A stretch of 64,000 bases of DNA from Sumerlaeia bacterium (GCA_040219255.1 JAVJSW010000077.1:1-64000), one strand, 5' to 3'; positions 1 through 10,075 are shown, numbered from the stretch's first letter. A program made the numbers and translations. Notes: generated by a model not told the origin, from the letters alone.

Positions 1-233
1 GCCTCGGCGGACGGGAAGTCCTTGACCGAATCAAAACTGACCCTCATCTTAGAGCCATTCCCGTCGTTATCCTCACCACGTCTCAATCACAGAAAGACAT
101 CGCGGAATGCTACGAAAGCCAAGCGTCCTGTTATCTTGTCAAACCTCTCGATTTTGATTGTTTCACCGCCATGCTCCAGCAAATCGAAGATTTCTGGTTC
201 TCTATCGCTTGTCTCCCCCGCCAGGTCTAATTT

Positions 234-2156
234 ATGTCCGCTTTTGAACCGATCGCCACTAAAAAATCCATACACGTTCTGATCGTCGAAGACAACCCGG
301 GAGACCGCCGTCTCCTTCACATCTATCTCTCGGAAATCAGCAGCGCCAACTTCGAAATACACAGTGCCCACTCCATCGAGCAAGTCCGCCTTCTCCGCAG
401 CCACTCCGCCTTCGACGTCATTCTTCTCGATCTCAATCTCCCCGATTCGTCCGGCCTCGGCACCGTCGCCTGGATGCGCGCCTATTTCCCCGAAACACCC
501 ATTATCGTGGTCACCGAATACGATGGTGACAAGCAAGGCATCGGAGCCATCGGCCTTGGGGCCCAGTTCTATATCAACAAATCCCAGATCTGCCCGGAAG
601 TCCTCTACCCCGCCATCCTTTCCGTCATCGAACGGCAGCGCCTCGAACGCACTTCGCAAACTCTGGCGAACATTGTGGAAAAAGCCAGTGAGTTGATTTT
701 TCTCATCAACCGCGACGGCATCATCACTTACGTCAATGGAGCCGCCGCGGAAGCGACCGGCTGGCTCAGAAACGAATTTCTCGAGCGCCCCCTCTCCGAA
801 TTCGAAAGCCACCGCAACGGATACTTTATCGGAGAGGACATCGGCAAATTCCTCGGGCAATCCGTTTCCTGGGCCGGCGAATTGTATTTCAAAACCAAGA
901 AAGGTGTTGAACTCGCCCTTTTCGCCACGATCACAACGCTCGACAACACCCAGTTCGCCATGATCGCCCGCGACCTCAGCACACTCCGCCTTCTCGAAAA
1001 GCAATTGGGCGAGCAATTTCGCGTCCTGGCCATCAAGCAACTCATCGGCAGCATCGCTCACAACCTCAACAACCACCTCACCGTCATCGAGGGCCACTCC
1101 GAACTCGCCTTAATGGATTGCCCTCCCGCGCCGGAGAACGGCCACACCCTGGCCGAAGACCTCAGGACCATCTCCGAATCCACCCGTCTCGCCGGCCACC
1201 TCACCGGCATGCTGACGTCCATGACGTCCCAGGAAATCGCCCTTCCCGTGCCCCTGCACCTCGATAACCTGATTCACCAAACGCAACGCGTCTTCGCCCT
1301 TTCCGTCGGCGAATCCGTCCACATCACCTATCGCCTCAACGCGCCGGAGCAACTGATCCTGGCGGACCCGATCTTCATCCAGCACTTCCTGGTGGTGCTC
1401 GCCATCGATGCCAATTCCTACCGCATCGACAATCCCCGGCTGGTCATCGAAACCCGTCGGGCTCACGTCGGACCCGATCATCCGGCCCACGCCAAGGGCG
1501 CCGAAGCCGGCGATTATGTCGAACTCTCCGTCGGCATTTATGAAGCCTCCAACCCTCTCACCGCGAAGACCGAGCAGTTCGTCTCCATCGGCAATTCCCC
1601 CCCGGCGGGCAGCGCCATGAATTCCGCCATGCATGCCGCCCACCTGATCGCCACCCGCAGCAAGTGGCCCATCTTCTTTTTTCAGAACAGCCGCAAGGAA
1701 ACCTCCTTTCGCATTCTCATCCCCGCCCACCGCAAATCCGAACGTTCCCCCTCCCCCATCGCCGCCGAACGCCGCGTCGAAGGCCACCAACTGACCATTG
1801 TCCTCCTCGAGGACAGCAAGACCGTCAAAAAAATCGCGGCCCGAGCCCTCAAGAACGCGGGCTTTCACGTGATCGAGGTGTCAGGCTTGAACCACCTCAC
1901 CCAACTGCTCCCTTTTCAATCCCCCCCGACCCTTCTGCTGGCCGACATCTACCTGCCCGATGGCGACGGCGGTGAGGCCAACCGCCTTCTCCAGCGACAC
2001 CATCCGGACACCCCCGTTCTCTTCACCTCTGGCCAGCGCGATTTTCATCGACACTTGAACAAGTTCGAAGGCGGCGACATCAACTTCCTCCCCAAGCCCT
2101 ACCGCCCCTCGCAACTCGTCCAGCGCGTCCTGGAAATACTCTCGCCCGAGGTATGA
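234..2156 (+). CDS. Hybrid sensor kinase-like protein (REC-PAS-HisKA-degenerate HATPase-REC)
   Basis: N-terminal REC (VLIVEDN, ILLDLNLPD), PAS, H-box (AHNLNNHL) and C-terminal REC (LLEDS, LLADIYLPD, FLPKPY); ATP-binding boxes are degenerate. Confidence 0.85.
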   Translation: MSAFEPIATKKSIHVLIVEDNPGDRRLLHIYLSEISSANFEIHSAHSIEQVRLLRSHSAFDVILLDLNLPDSSGLGTVAWMRAYFPETPIIVVTEYDGDKQGIGAIGLGAQFYINKSQICPEVLYPAILSVIERQRLERTSQTLANIVEKASELIFLINRDGIITYVNGAAAEATGWLRNEFLERPLSEFESHRNGYFIGEDIGKFLGQSVSWAGELYFKTKKGVELALFATITTLDNTQFAMIARDLSTLRLLEKQLGEQFRVLAIKQLIGSIAHNLNNHLTVIEGHSELALMDCPPAPENGHTLAEDLRTISESTRLAGHLTGMLTSMTSQEIALPVPLHLDNLIHQTQRVFALSVGESVHITYRLNAPEQLILADPIFIQHFLVVLAIDANSYRIDNPRLVIETRRAHVGPDHPAHAKGAEAGDYVELSVGIYEASNPLTAKTEQFVSIGNSPPAGSAMNSAMHAAHLIATRSKWPIFFFQNSRKETSFRILIPAHRKSERSPSPIAAERRVEGHQLTIVLLEDSKTVKKIAARALKNAGFHVIEVSGLNHLTQLLPFQSPPTLLLADIYLPDGDGGEANRLLQRHHPDTPVLFTSGQRDFHRHLNKFEGGDINFLPKPYRPSQLVQRVLEILSPEV

Positions 2157-2164
2157 GGCCAACG

Positions 2165-2854
2165 TCAGCCGGCGCTCCCCTCCTCCAGCAAACCCTCCCT
2201 CAACCCAGCCCGGCGCCAACCCGCCCACCACGACTGTCCATGCTCGTGGCTGATTAGCACCACGGTGCGCCCCTCCTCGACCGACAGCCGCGTCAGCAGT
2301 TCAGCCACCGCCTTGCCCAGCTCCGGGTCCAGTTGCGTCGTCGGCTCGTCCGCCAGCACCAGCTCCGCCCGAGAAGCCAGAGCTCGCGCCAAAGCCACAC
2401 GCTGCCGCTGCCCGCCGGACAGCGACTCCACCCGCGCCTCCGCCTTTTCCTCCAGCTCCACCGCCGCCAGCGCCTCCCTGGCCCGGCCTCGAGCCTCCGC
2501 CACCGTCGCGCCCTCTCCCCAGATGACTTGGCACGCCACCGCCTCCCACGCCCGCAACCCGCGCGGCAGAAAGTTTCCCTGGAACACCATTGCCACCGAC
2601 CGGCCCCGCCAGCGGGCCCGGCTTCCTTCGCCCATCGCGCCGATCTCTCGTCCCGCCGCCCAAATCCGGCCCGAATCGGGTCGATCCAATCCTCCCAGCA
2701 GGTTCAACAGTGTCGACTTTCCCGTCCCCGACGAACCAGTGATCAGCAACCGCCCTCCCCGCTCCAGTTCCAGCGAAACGCCCCGCAGCACCGCATCCGC
2801 CTCCGCACCGGGATAGCTCTTGCAAACCTCTTCAAGCCGTAAATGCGCCGTCAT
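2165..2854 (-). CDS. ABC transporter ATP-binding protein (LolD/MacB-type)
   Basis: Walker A GSSGTGKST, signature LSGGQRQR, LADEPT; start taken at MTAHLRL because the longer ORF runs through a perfect hairpin. Confidence 0.85.
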   Translation of the reverse strand: MTAHLRLEEVCKSYPGAEADAVLRGVSLELERGGRLLITGSSGTGKSTLLNLLGGLDRPDSGRIWAAGREIGAMGEGSRARWRGRSVAMVFQGNFLPRGLRAWEAVACQVIWGEGATVAEARGRAREALAAVELEEKAEARVESLSGGQRQRVALARALASRAELVLADEPTTQLDPELGKAVAELLTRLSVEEGRTVVLISHEHGQSWWAGWRRAGLREGLLEEGSAG

Positions 2855-2891
2855 GCCCTTCCTTTCGCGGCCTGCTGCCTTGACGTTAAGC

Positions 2892-2938
2892 GCGAACGCC
2901 CCTGTCGCGCCAGGCTGTGGCGCGACAGGGGCGTTCGC
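2892..2938. repeat. Perfect 21-bp inverted repeat (stem-loop)
   Basis: gcgaacgcccctgtcgcgcca-ggctg-tggcgcgacaggggcgttcgc, intergenic, with no U-tract on either strand. Confidence 0.9.
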
Positions 2939-2978
2939 TCGATTCATTCCGAGTCCGCCGGAGCGAAGTGGAATCCGT

Positions 2979-3629
2979 CTAGTTGGTCGTCGCCGTGTCG
3001 CTGACCCGTTCCGTGCTCAGGCCGGTGTAGCCCGAGGGGCGCGTCACCGCGGGCATGGGAGCGGCCGCCGGAGCAGGCTGTGTTTCCGGCGTCGCGGGCT
3101 CATCCATTCCCAATTCCGATTCGAGGGTCTCTTCCGCGTCGTCCGCCATTTCGTCCATCGACTCTTCGGCGTCCTCCGTCCATTCACCGGCACCCACGTC
3201 CGACTGGTCATCATCGCCCCAGGTCGCATCCCAATTGTCTTCCATTGGCTCGGGAGCTTCCGAGAACTCTGGACCATCGTCGGTGTAGCCCAGGTCCGTG
3301 GCGGGTATGCCGACTTCCAGGTACCGCTCCCGCTCTTCCGCGATGGAGGCGGTGTAGTCGCCGTGAACCCACTCGAAAAAGACGTCGTCGTCCATCAGCT
3401 TTGGCTGGTGTCCGAACAGGATGTCCAGGTCGTCCTGGCTGACCACCCAGTGAATGGGACGCATAATCCCGTACTCGAGGGCGATCCCAAGGGGATGGAC
3501 CACATAGGCCACGATCCGCAAAGGATGTCCATCGGTCTGGCGATCGTAACGGTCCGCATTCACGGGCAGGACCATCGCCGCTGTCATTGTCATCGCTAGG
3601 AACGCGAGCGCGAATTGGCGCTTCATCAT
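2979..3629 (-). CDS. Secreted hypothetical protein with acidic low-complexity C-terminal half
   Basis: Signal peptide MMKRQFALAFLAM...VNA, GGAGA RBS, D/E-rich tail. Confidence 0.7.
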   Translation of the reverse strand: MMKRQFALAFLAMTMTAAMVLPVNADRYDRQTDGHPLRIVAYVVHPLGIALEYGIMRPIHWVVSQDDLDILFGHQPKLMDDDVFFEWVHGDYTASIAEERERYLEVGIPATDLGYTDDGPEFSEAPEPMEDNWDATWGDDDQSDVGAGEWTEDAEESMDEMADDAEETLESELGMDEPATPETQPAPAAAPMPAVTRPSGYTGLSTERVSDTATTN

Positions 3630-3749
3630 GCTGTCTCCCATGCATAGTTTCAAGACCAGTCGTGAAAGACTTTCCCCACCGGGTCAAGTCCTTTGGCGGC
3701 ACGAACTGTGCCTCTCGTTTTCCACAGATCGACCCGAAGGAGCTTCCCC

Positions 3750-4172
3750 TTGTCTCAACCGTTCACCAATCCGTCCGAAAACGCCTTGCGCACCCTGCTG
3801 GCAAACGCACGCACCGTCGCGGTCGTCGGCCTCTCCGGCCGGCCCGGCCGCGCCGCCACCTACGTCTCGCGCTACCTGCACCAGGCCGGCTACCGCCTCT
3901 TTCCCATCCACCCCCAATCCGACACGGTCTTCGACCTGCCTGTCCACCGCCGCCTCGCGGACGTCCCCGAACCCATCGACGTCGTCCTCGTCTTCCGCCG
4001 TTCCGAAGACACACCCCCGATCGCCCGGGACGCCGCCGCTGCCGGCGCCAAAGTCCTTTGGCTCCAGTCCGGCATCACCCATCCCGACATTCCTCCCATC
4101 GCGGAGAATGGCGGCATGACCCTCGTCATGGACCGCTGTATCATGATGGACCACCAGGCCCTGCTGGGGTAG
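3750..4172 (+). CDS. CoA-binding protein (YccU family)
   Basis: TVAVVGLS, L.DVPEPIDVVLVFR, AKVLWLQSGI, VMDRC motifs; TTG start after AAGGAG. Confidence 0.9.
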   Translation: MSQPFTNPSENALRTLLANARTVAVVGLSGRPGRAATYVSRYLHQAGYRLFPIHPQSDTVFDLPVHRRLADVPEPIDVVLVFRRSEDTPPIARDAAAAGAKVLWLQSGITHPDIPPIAENGGMTLVMDRCIMMDHQALLG

Positions 4173-4218
4173 CCTCGCGCCCCAGCCAGTTACACTCTTT
4201 CCAGAAATCTCCAGGACT

Positions 4219-5367
4219 ATGCCACCCCACACGAAGAAGCGCCACTCCAGCACGCTCCGATCCCTCACACGGCCGAAGACACTCAACAAACTCCTGCGCG
4301 GCCGCGCCCGCAAGCCTCCCGGGCTGCCACCCGGCACCCTGACCCGGACCGAGCGCCCGCCCGGCGACGCCGCTCCTCACTTCCCCCTGCAAATCGCCGT
4401 GATGACGTACGATGAGGCCGGGTGCCGGGAAACCCGCAACGTCTCCGCCCGCGAGGCCCTCGCCCTGCGCGAACCCGGCAAGGTCAACTGGATCGACGTC
4501 GAGGGCCACCTCGACCCCGAGACCGTCCAGTTCCTCGGTGAGGCCCTTGGTATCCATCCCCTCGTTCAGGAAGACATCCTCAACACGGACCACCGCCCAA
4601 AATTCGAGGACTACGGCACTTTCTTCTTCGCCGTCCTGAAAATGATCGAGTTCCGCCCCGAGTCCGCCAGCGTCCATATCGAGAACGTCAGCATCGTCCT
4701 CACACCCGACACGGTCCTTTTCTTCCAGGAAGAGCATGACGACGTCTTCGAACGCATCCGCGACCGCATCCGCACCGGTCTGGGCGGGCGGATTCGAAAA
4801 CTCGGAGCCGACTACCTGGCTTACGCCCTGATGGACGCCATCGTGGATCATTACCTGATCACGATCGATCGCCTCAGCGCCGGCACGGAAAACCTGGAAC
4901 TGGAAATCCTCGATGACCCGCACACCAGCCAGATGCAGCAGATCCTCGGCCTCAAGGGCGAGAGCATCGTTCTCCGCAAAGCCATCCTGCCGCTCCGCGA
5001 AGCCTTCACCACCCTGCAACACACCCCCGCCGATCTTATCAGCAAGAACACGCGCATCTTCATGCGCGACGTGCGCGACCACCTCGATCAGTCCCTCGAA
5101 AACATCGACACCCTGCGCGAAGTCCTCACCGTCCTCCTCGATCTCTACCTGTCGAGCGTGAGCAACCGCCAGAATCAGGTCACCTACACCCTGACCCTCG
5201 TCGCCACGATCTTCCTTCCTCTGACCTTTATCGCCGGCGTTTACGGCATGAACTTCAAGTATATGCCGCTACTGGAATACCGGTACGGTTATCCGGTCGC
5301 CTGGGCCATCATGATCGGCGTCGCTGGCGGGATGCTTCTCTGGTTCAAGAGGAAAAACTGGCTCTAG
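4219..5367 (+). CDS. corA: Magnesium/cobalt transporter CorA
   Basis: HPLVQEDI, YGMNF signature, two C-terminal TM helices. Confidence 0.95.
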   Translation: MPPHTKKRHSSTLRSLTRPKTLNKLLRGRARKPPGLPPGTLTRTERPPGDAAPHFPLQIAVMTYDEAGCRETRNVSAREALALREPGKVNWIDVEGHLDPETVQFLGEALGIHPLVQEDILNTDHRPKFEDYGTFFFAVLKMIEFRPESASVHIENVSIVLTPDTVLFFQEEHDDVFERIRDRIRTGLGGRIRKLGADYLAYALMDAIVDHYLITIDRLSAGTENLELEILDDPHTSQMQQILGLKGESIVLRKAILPLREAFTTLQHTPADLISKNTRIFMRDVRDHLDQSLENIDTLREVLTVLLDLYLSSVSNRQNQVTYTLTLVATIFLPLTFIAGVYGMNFKYMPLLEYRYGYPVAWAIMIGVAGGMLLWFKRKNWL

Positions 5368-5985
5368 GCCCCACTCCCGTTTCTCCGCCGGCCAAGGCTC
5401 CAGCTTGCGCAACGCTCGCTTCATGACCGCGCCCGGAAGCGCTTCGCCGGAAAGCGGTCCGCTCTTCCCTGCCGGCGCGTCGAACAGCAGTCCCCCGTTG
5501 CCCAACTCATTCACATAGCCCCCTTCGCGCTCGCGAAAGACTCCGCCCCTCAGCAGCGGTGAACTCGCACCGCTGGGCCGCCTTGCAGCAAGGAACAGGA
5601 TGTAGCGCTCCCCCGCCTCGAGCCGCGGCACCTCCACCGCCTGGCCGACCGGGGAGAGCGAATCGAGCAGCCGCACGCCGACTTCCGCGCCCCGCTTCAG
5701 GCCTTCACCGCGCAAGCATTCGTCGATGCGGAATCGATACTGCACAAGGTCCGCCCCGGCGAAAACACCCTCGCCCACGCCCTCCAAACCAACGACCTCG
5801 CCGGCAAGAATGACCGCCGCCTGGCTCGTCAGCGCATCCCACGTCGCCGGGGCGAACGTGGTGGCCCGAACCGCGCCCGCAAAACTCAGGCAAACTCCGG
5901 CGAAAGCGATCAACAGGTGTGGGAAACTCCTCTTACCGGTTGAAAAAACCCTACTGGGCCTCTGCCGCATCCAAAGCTCGCGCAT
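5269..5985 (-). CDS. Secreted hypothetical protein
   Basis: Signal-like segment followed by TTFAPATWDALTSQAAVILAGEVV; directly downstream of the protease; start and stop uncertain because the ORF overlaps the corA end. Confidence 0.55.
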   Translation of the reverse strand: MRELWMRQRPSRVFSTGKRSFPHLLIAFAGVCLSFAGAVRATTFAPATWDALTSQAAVILAGEVVGLEGVGEGVFAGADLVQYRFRIDECLRGEGLKRGAEVGVRLLDSLSPVGQAVEVPRLEAGERYILFLAARRPSGASSPLLRGGVFREREGGYVNELGNGGLLFDAPAGKSGPLSGEALPGAVMKRALRKLEPWPAEKREWGLEPVFPLEPEKHPASDADHDGPGDRITVPVFQ

Positions 5986-7495
5986 TGATCAAGTCCGCCG
6001 ATCCGATAAGTCCGTCCGTGTTGAGGTCGTACTTGAGATCCGCAGCGGTGGCAACCGTTCCCAACAACGGCCCCAAGACCTTTCGCTCGTTCCATCCGGG
6101 GCTGCCGCGGTACACCTTCACCGTCGCCACTTTCGACTCCATCCCGCTGCTATCCACCGCTGCCACCTTCAAGGTGTTGTTGCCCTTGTTCACGTTGTCC
6201 AGATGGATCGACCACAGGCCACGGCCCTCGGCGGTTCGCCAGTCGCCGCCGTTCCACTGGTACTTGATCGAGGCGATCTGCCCATCCAAGTCCCAGGCCC
6301 GGCCGGAAACCCAGACGCTTTCGCGGTGGAACTCTACATCGATCATCAGGCTCGAACCCTCTTCCCGGACCGAATCCACCGCGATCTGCGGAGGCAGTGG
6401 CGGCTGCTTGGTCATCCAGCGCTCGATCATCGCGATGTGCTCCTTGCCGAACAAGACGCCCGCGTTGTCCGTCTCGCCGCTCGAACCGTGCACCCCGATC
6501 ATCACCAGCTCCCCATCGCTCACCGCCCAGATCGGACTGCCGCTGTTGCCACCGGATGTATCCACGTCGTAGCGGAGCCGTCCCTCGACGAATTCCGTGA
6601 CCTGTCCTTCCGCCTCCCACATCTCGAACGAACCTTCGCCCTGCACCAGTGACGGGAAGCCCACGATCCGGACCCGCTCCGGCCGGTAGTTGAAGACGAC
6701 CGGAAGGTACGTGTCGATTCCCTCGAGAGCCGCATCGAAGAAAGCCGCCCCCAAATCCGCCGACGAAGCCCCTGTCGTCACATAGTTCGGATCGACTTCC
6801 CAGTCCACGCACTTGCGAAAGCCGAAGGGGTAGATCACCTTTCCCGTGTCGCTCGCCATCTGTGCCGGAACGGCCCAGAACGTATCCACGTACTCGGCGG
6901 TCAGCGGTTCGTAAATCGTGTGACCCGACGTCAGAACGCAATACGGCGCCACCACCAGACCGGTGGCCCGGAACCAACCCAGCGATGGGAATTGAAAAAC
7001 CAGATAGGAGACGGTGTTGTACGGTGACGCCGTCGGGTCCGCCACGGGGCGCCGATCGTCGGCGCCAACGATCACCTTTCGCGCCTCTTCCCCATCGAAG
7101 GAGCGGGCGCTTTGGGGATCGGCCACCTCGGCGGATTCCACGATGTCGATGTGCTGAAAGGCTTCGCGCCACTTGGCACTGCGGCGCAGAAGGTCGCGCG
7201 ACTCGGTTTCCGTCAGATTCTTCGCCGCCGGCTTCACCAGACGAATCGCCCGGGGGCCATCGGTCGATTGCCGGTACTCGACCCAGCGGTGGAACTGACC
7301 GTCGATAAACTGCAATACCTCCCGCTCCTCCTGCCAGCCTTCCGCCGAAGCGGGCCAGGACGTCAGGGAGAGGGAGGAAGCGTCGAACTTGAGGTCCGAC
7401 ATGTCGGAGATGGAGCTAGTAGCTGTCGCGGTGGAAGAGAAAATTGAGGCAATGAGTGCCAGGAGGGTGAAGAAAGTACAATGCTGAGAGCGCAT
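5951..7495 (-). CDS. Secreted trypsin-like (V8/glutamyl-type) serine protease with Ig-like domain and C-terminal dockerin-like motif
   Basis: LTSGH, DLG and GGNSGSP triad motifs; DLNTDGLIGSADL Ca-binding motif at the C-terminus. Confidence 0.85.
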   Translation of the reverse strand: MRSQHCTFFTLLALIASIFSSTATATSSISDMSDLKFDASSLSLTSWPASAEGWQEEREVLQFIDGQFHRWVEYRQSTDGPRAIRLVKPAAKNLTETESRDLLRRSAKWREAFQHIDIVESAEVADPQSARSFDGEEARKVIVGADDRRPVADPTASPYNTVSYLVFQFPSLGWFRATGLVVAPYCVLTSGHTIYEPLTAEYVDTFWAVPAQMASDTGKVIYPFGFRKCVDWEVDPNYVTTGASSADLGAAFFDAALEGIDTYLPVVFNYRPERVRIVGFPSLVQGEGSFEMWEAEGQVTEFVEGRLRYDVDTSGGNSGSPIWAVSDGELVMIGVHGSSGETDNAGVLFGKEHIAMIERWMTKQPPLPPQIAVDSVREEGSSLMIDVEFHRESVWVSGRAWDLDGQIASIKYQWNGGDWRTAEGRGLWSIHLDNVNKGNNTLKVAAVDSSGMESKVATVKVYRGSPGWNERKVLGPLLGTVATAADLKYDLNTDGLIGSADLINARALDAAEAQ

Positions 7496-7663
7496 AACCT
7501 CTTGAATCACGCTTCCGGCGGCCAATATCGTGCGCGGGCGCCGGGGAAGCCGACTGGGTCAAAAGGAATCCCTTTTCCCCTGTCAGCCTCTTTTGTACAA
7601 AACCGCGCACATCGTTCCCTGGCAACCCTTTTTCGCATTCGATTTGCACTTTTTCGCACACGC

Positions 7664-8740
7664 ATGGATTCTTCGGCAAAAATCACCCGCCAACTCCTGG
7701 CCAAAAGCGCCGAACTCGGCTTCGACAAAGCCGTCGTCGCCGAGCCCCATCACGCCCATGAAGAACAGGAAAAACTGGAGTTATGGCTTGCCGAAGGCCG
7801 CCATGGAGACATGGCCTGGCTTGCCCGCGAACCGCGCCGCCGGTGCGACCCGGCGCAGGCTCTCCCAGGATGCGCGAGCCTCATCATCGTTTGTAAGAAA
7901 TATCTTACAACGGATCATAATGGAACGACTAAGCCATCGACATGTGGCCGCGTGAGCCGCTATGCCCGCGCCACCGATTACCACCGCGTTCTCGACAAAC
8001 CCCTCAAGAAGCTCGCTCGCTGGCTCAATCAGGCCGGCGGCGATGGAACGCGATCCAAACCTTACGTCGACCACGGCCCGGTCCTCGAACGTTACTGGGC
8101 CGAGCGGGGAGGCCTGGGCTTTCGCGGCAAGCACACGCTCCTGATCGATCCGGACGAAGGCTCCTACTTTTTCCTCGGCGTCGTCCTCACAACCCTTAAA
8201 CTCGAACCCACTCCCCCACCCGCTAAGATGCCCGGCTGCGGCGCCTGCACCCGCTGCATCGACGCCTGCCCCACCGGCGCGATCACCGAACCCTGGAAAC
8301 TCGACGCCCGCCGCTGCCTGTCCTATCTGACCATCGAGCACCCCGGCGAAGTCCCCGAGGAGTTCTGGCCGCACTATGAAGGCTGGGTCTTCGGCTGCGA
8401 CATCTGCCAGGACGTCTGCCCCTACAACCAGAAGCGCGCGACGCCCCGGGCGGACGAGCCTTTCGGCCCGGAAATCGTCCCGGGGGAATGGTCCCTGGTG
8501 GAGATGCTGCGGATGGAGGAGGCGGAGTTCGCCGAGCGCTTCCGCCGCTCGCCCCTGCGGCGCACGGGACGCGACGGCCTCGCCCGAAACGCCGCCATCG
8601 TGGCGAGCGAACGGGGGGGCGCGGAGGAGCGCGAAGCGCTCCTCGAGATTCTGCGCGATGAGAAGCGGCCCGATTGGCTGCACGTTACCGCCGCTCGCGC
8701 GGTGGAGAAAAGACGCCTTAAGGAAAAACAGGGCGAGTGA
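7664..8740 (+). CDS. queG: Epoxyqueuosine reductase QueG
   Basis: SRYA..DYH, CGACTRCIDACPTGA, DARRCLSYLTIE, FGCDICQDVCPYN. Confidence 0.95.
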   Translation: MDSSAKITRQLLAKSAELGFDKAVVAEPHHAHEEQEKLELWLAEGRHGDMAWLAREPRRRCDPAQALPGCASLIIVCKKYLTTDHNGTTKPSTCGRVSRYARATDYHRVLDKPLKKLARWLNQAGGDGTRSKPYVDHGPVLERYWAERGGLGFRGKHTLLIDPDEGSYFFLGVVLTTLKLEPTPPPAKMPGCGACTRCIDACPTGAITEPWKLDARRCLSYLTIEHPGEVPEEFWPHYEGWVFGCDICQDVCPYNQKRATPRADEPFGPEIVPGEWSLVEMLRMEEAEFAERFRRSPLRRTGRDGLARNAAIVASERGGAEEREALLEILRDEKRPDWLHVTAARAVEKRRLKEKQGE

Positions 8741-8818
8741 GCCAAAAGCCCACCCGCCCTGTTTGCCATGCATCAGGAAAATCCCGTCGCGGGCTCGCGC
8801 CCGGTTCGGGAGCCGTTC

Positions 8819-9904
8819 TTAGTACATGTCCCAGTTGCTGACGTTCGCGCCACCGACGGAGGTCGGGACGGTGAGGCGCAGAACTTGACCGGCATTGCGA
8901 TCGGCGAAGTACACCTCGACGCTGTTGTCATCGACAATGCGGGCTTCCATGGCGCCGGGCTGGAAGAGGTCCACACCGCCGCCGGTAAGTGCCTCGTACT
9001 CCGCACGGGTCGCCAGTTCGATCAGGCCACCGCTGGCGGGAAGCACATAGATCGTGTTCGACCCGCCAATGAAGTCGGCCACGTAGATGTTGCCTTCGGC
9101 GTCGATGGCGAGGGCGTCGGGGCCAGCGGGGGCGGTGAAGGGTGCGGAGTTGGTATCATAGAGCAGCGTTTCGGCGCCGGTCCCCGCGTCCACGCTATAG
9201 AAGCCGTCCTGAACCAGACTGTTGACGGAGTCAAAAGCGTCTTCGTTGAAGATCAGGAGGTTGCCATTGGGCAGCACGTGCAGGTTCGCGGGGCCATCGA
9301 TCGCGTCGGAGAACTGGGTCCAGCTTCCCTCGACGGTGTTGGACGGAATCGAGTAAATGAAGCCGTCGCCACCAAATCCAGAGACAGAAACGGTGTAGAG
9401 CGTGCTGCCGTCGGGGCTGATGCCAAGGTAAGAGTTACCAGCCAGGTTCAGGTTGATCTTGGTCACCGTTCCCGTGGTCGTGTCGAGTACGAAGGTCTCA
9501 CGGTCAGATGCTTGCCGATCGAGGAAATAAAGCAGGTCACCATCGACGACGAAGCCTTCGTAGTCGAGGTCGTCGGAATCGCCACCATTGTTCAGGCTGC
9601 CGGAGGAGATCAGGTCGGACTCGGAGGCAATGATCACCGGGTTGGTGCCGTCGAGATCGAACTCGATCACGGCGCCATCGATGAGCGAGCCGCTGCTGGG
9701 GTCGTTAACGATGATCAGCGAGTCGCTGGTCGCGCGAACGAAGTAGGGAGCGGCCGCTTCCGGATCGACGCTGCTCATGGCGGCGAGGAAATCGGCGGAG
9801 GAGATGTGGGTTTCAAACACGGCGCCACCGGCGTTGAAGCTGCGCTGGGCCAGAGCGCTGGTGGCGAAGGTCAACGCCACGGCAGTCAAAAGAACTTTAT
9901 TCAT
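8819..9904 (-). CDS. Secreted beta-propeller-like acidic protein with C-terminal V-x-x-W-x-x-Y tail
   Basis: Signal peptide MNKVLL...ALA; NHL/SGL-like repeats (GPDALAIDAEGNIYVAD); ends VSNWDMY. Confidence 0.75.
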   Translation of the reverse strand: MNKVLLTAVALTFATSALAQRSFNAGGAVFETHISSADFLAAMSSVDPEAAAPYFVRATSDSLIIVNDPSSGSLIDGAVIEFDLDGTNPVIIASESDLISSGSLNNGGDSDDLDYEGFVVDGDLLYFLDRQASDRETFVLDTTTGTVTKINLNLAGNSYLGISPDGSTLYTVSVSGFGGDGFIYSIPSNTVEGSWTQFSDAIDGPANLHVLPNGNLLIFNEDAFDSVNSLVQDGFYSVDAGTGAETLLYDTNSAPFTAPAGPDALAIDAEGNIYVADFIGGSNTIYVLPASGGLIELATRAEYEALTGGGVDLFQPGAMEARIVDDNSVEVYFADRNAGQVLRLTVPTSVGGANVSNWDMY

Positions 9905-10075
9905 TGGGAATCGTCTCCAAGAGTGATCGGAATTGAGCGCGGCAACGGTCGCGCAAGACAAACTGAGTGTCCCGGGCCGTATGCCTTCGTCAATGTCAGA
10001 TCGACGTCCTAACAAACGACTCACGGTCGAAATCTGTCATCGGACTTCCCTCGGAAAGTCGTACATCGTTGACGA

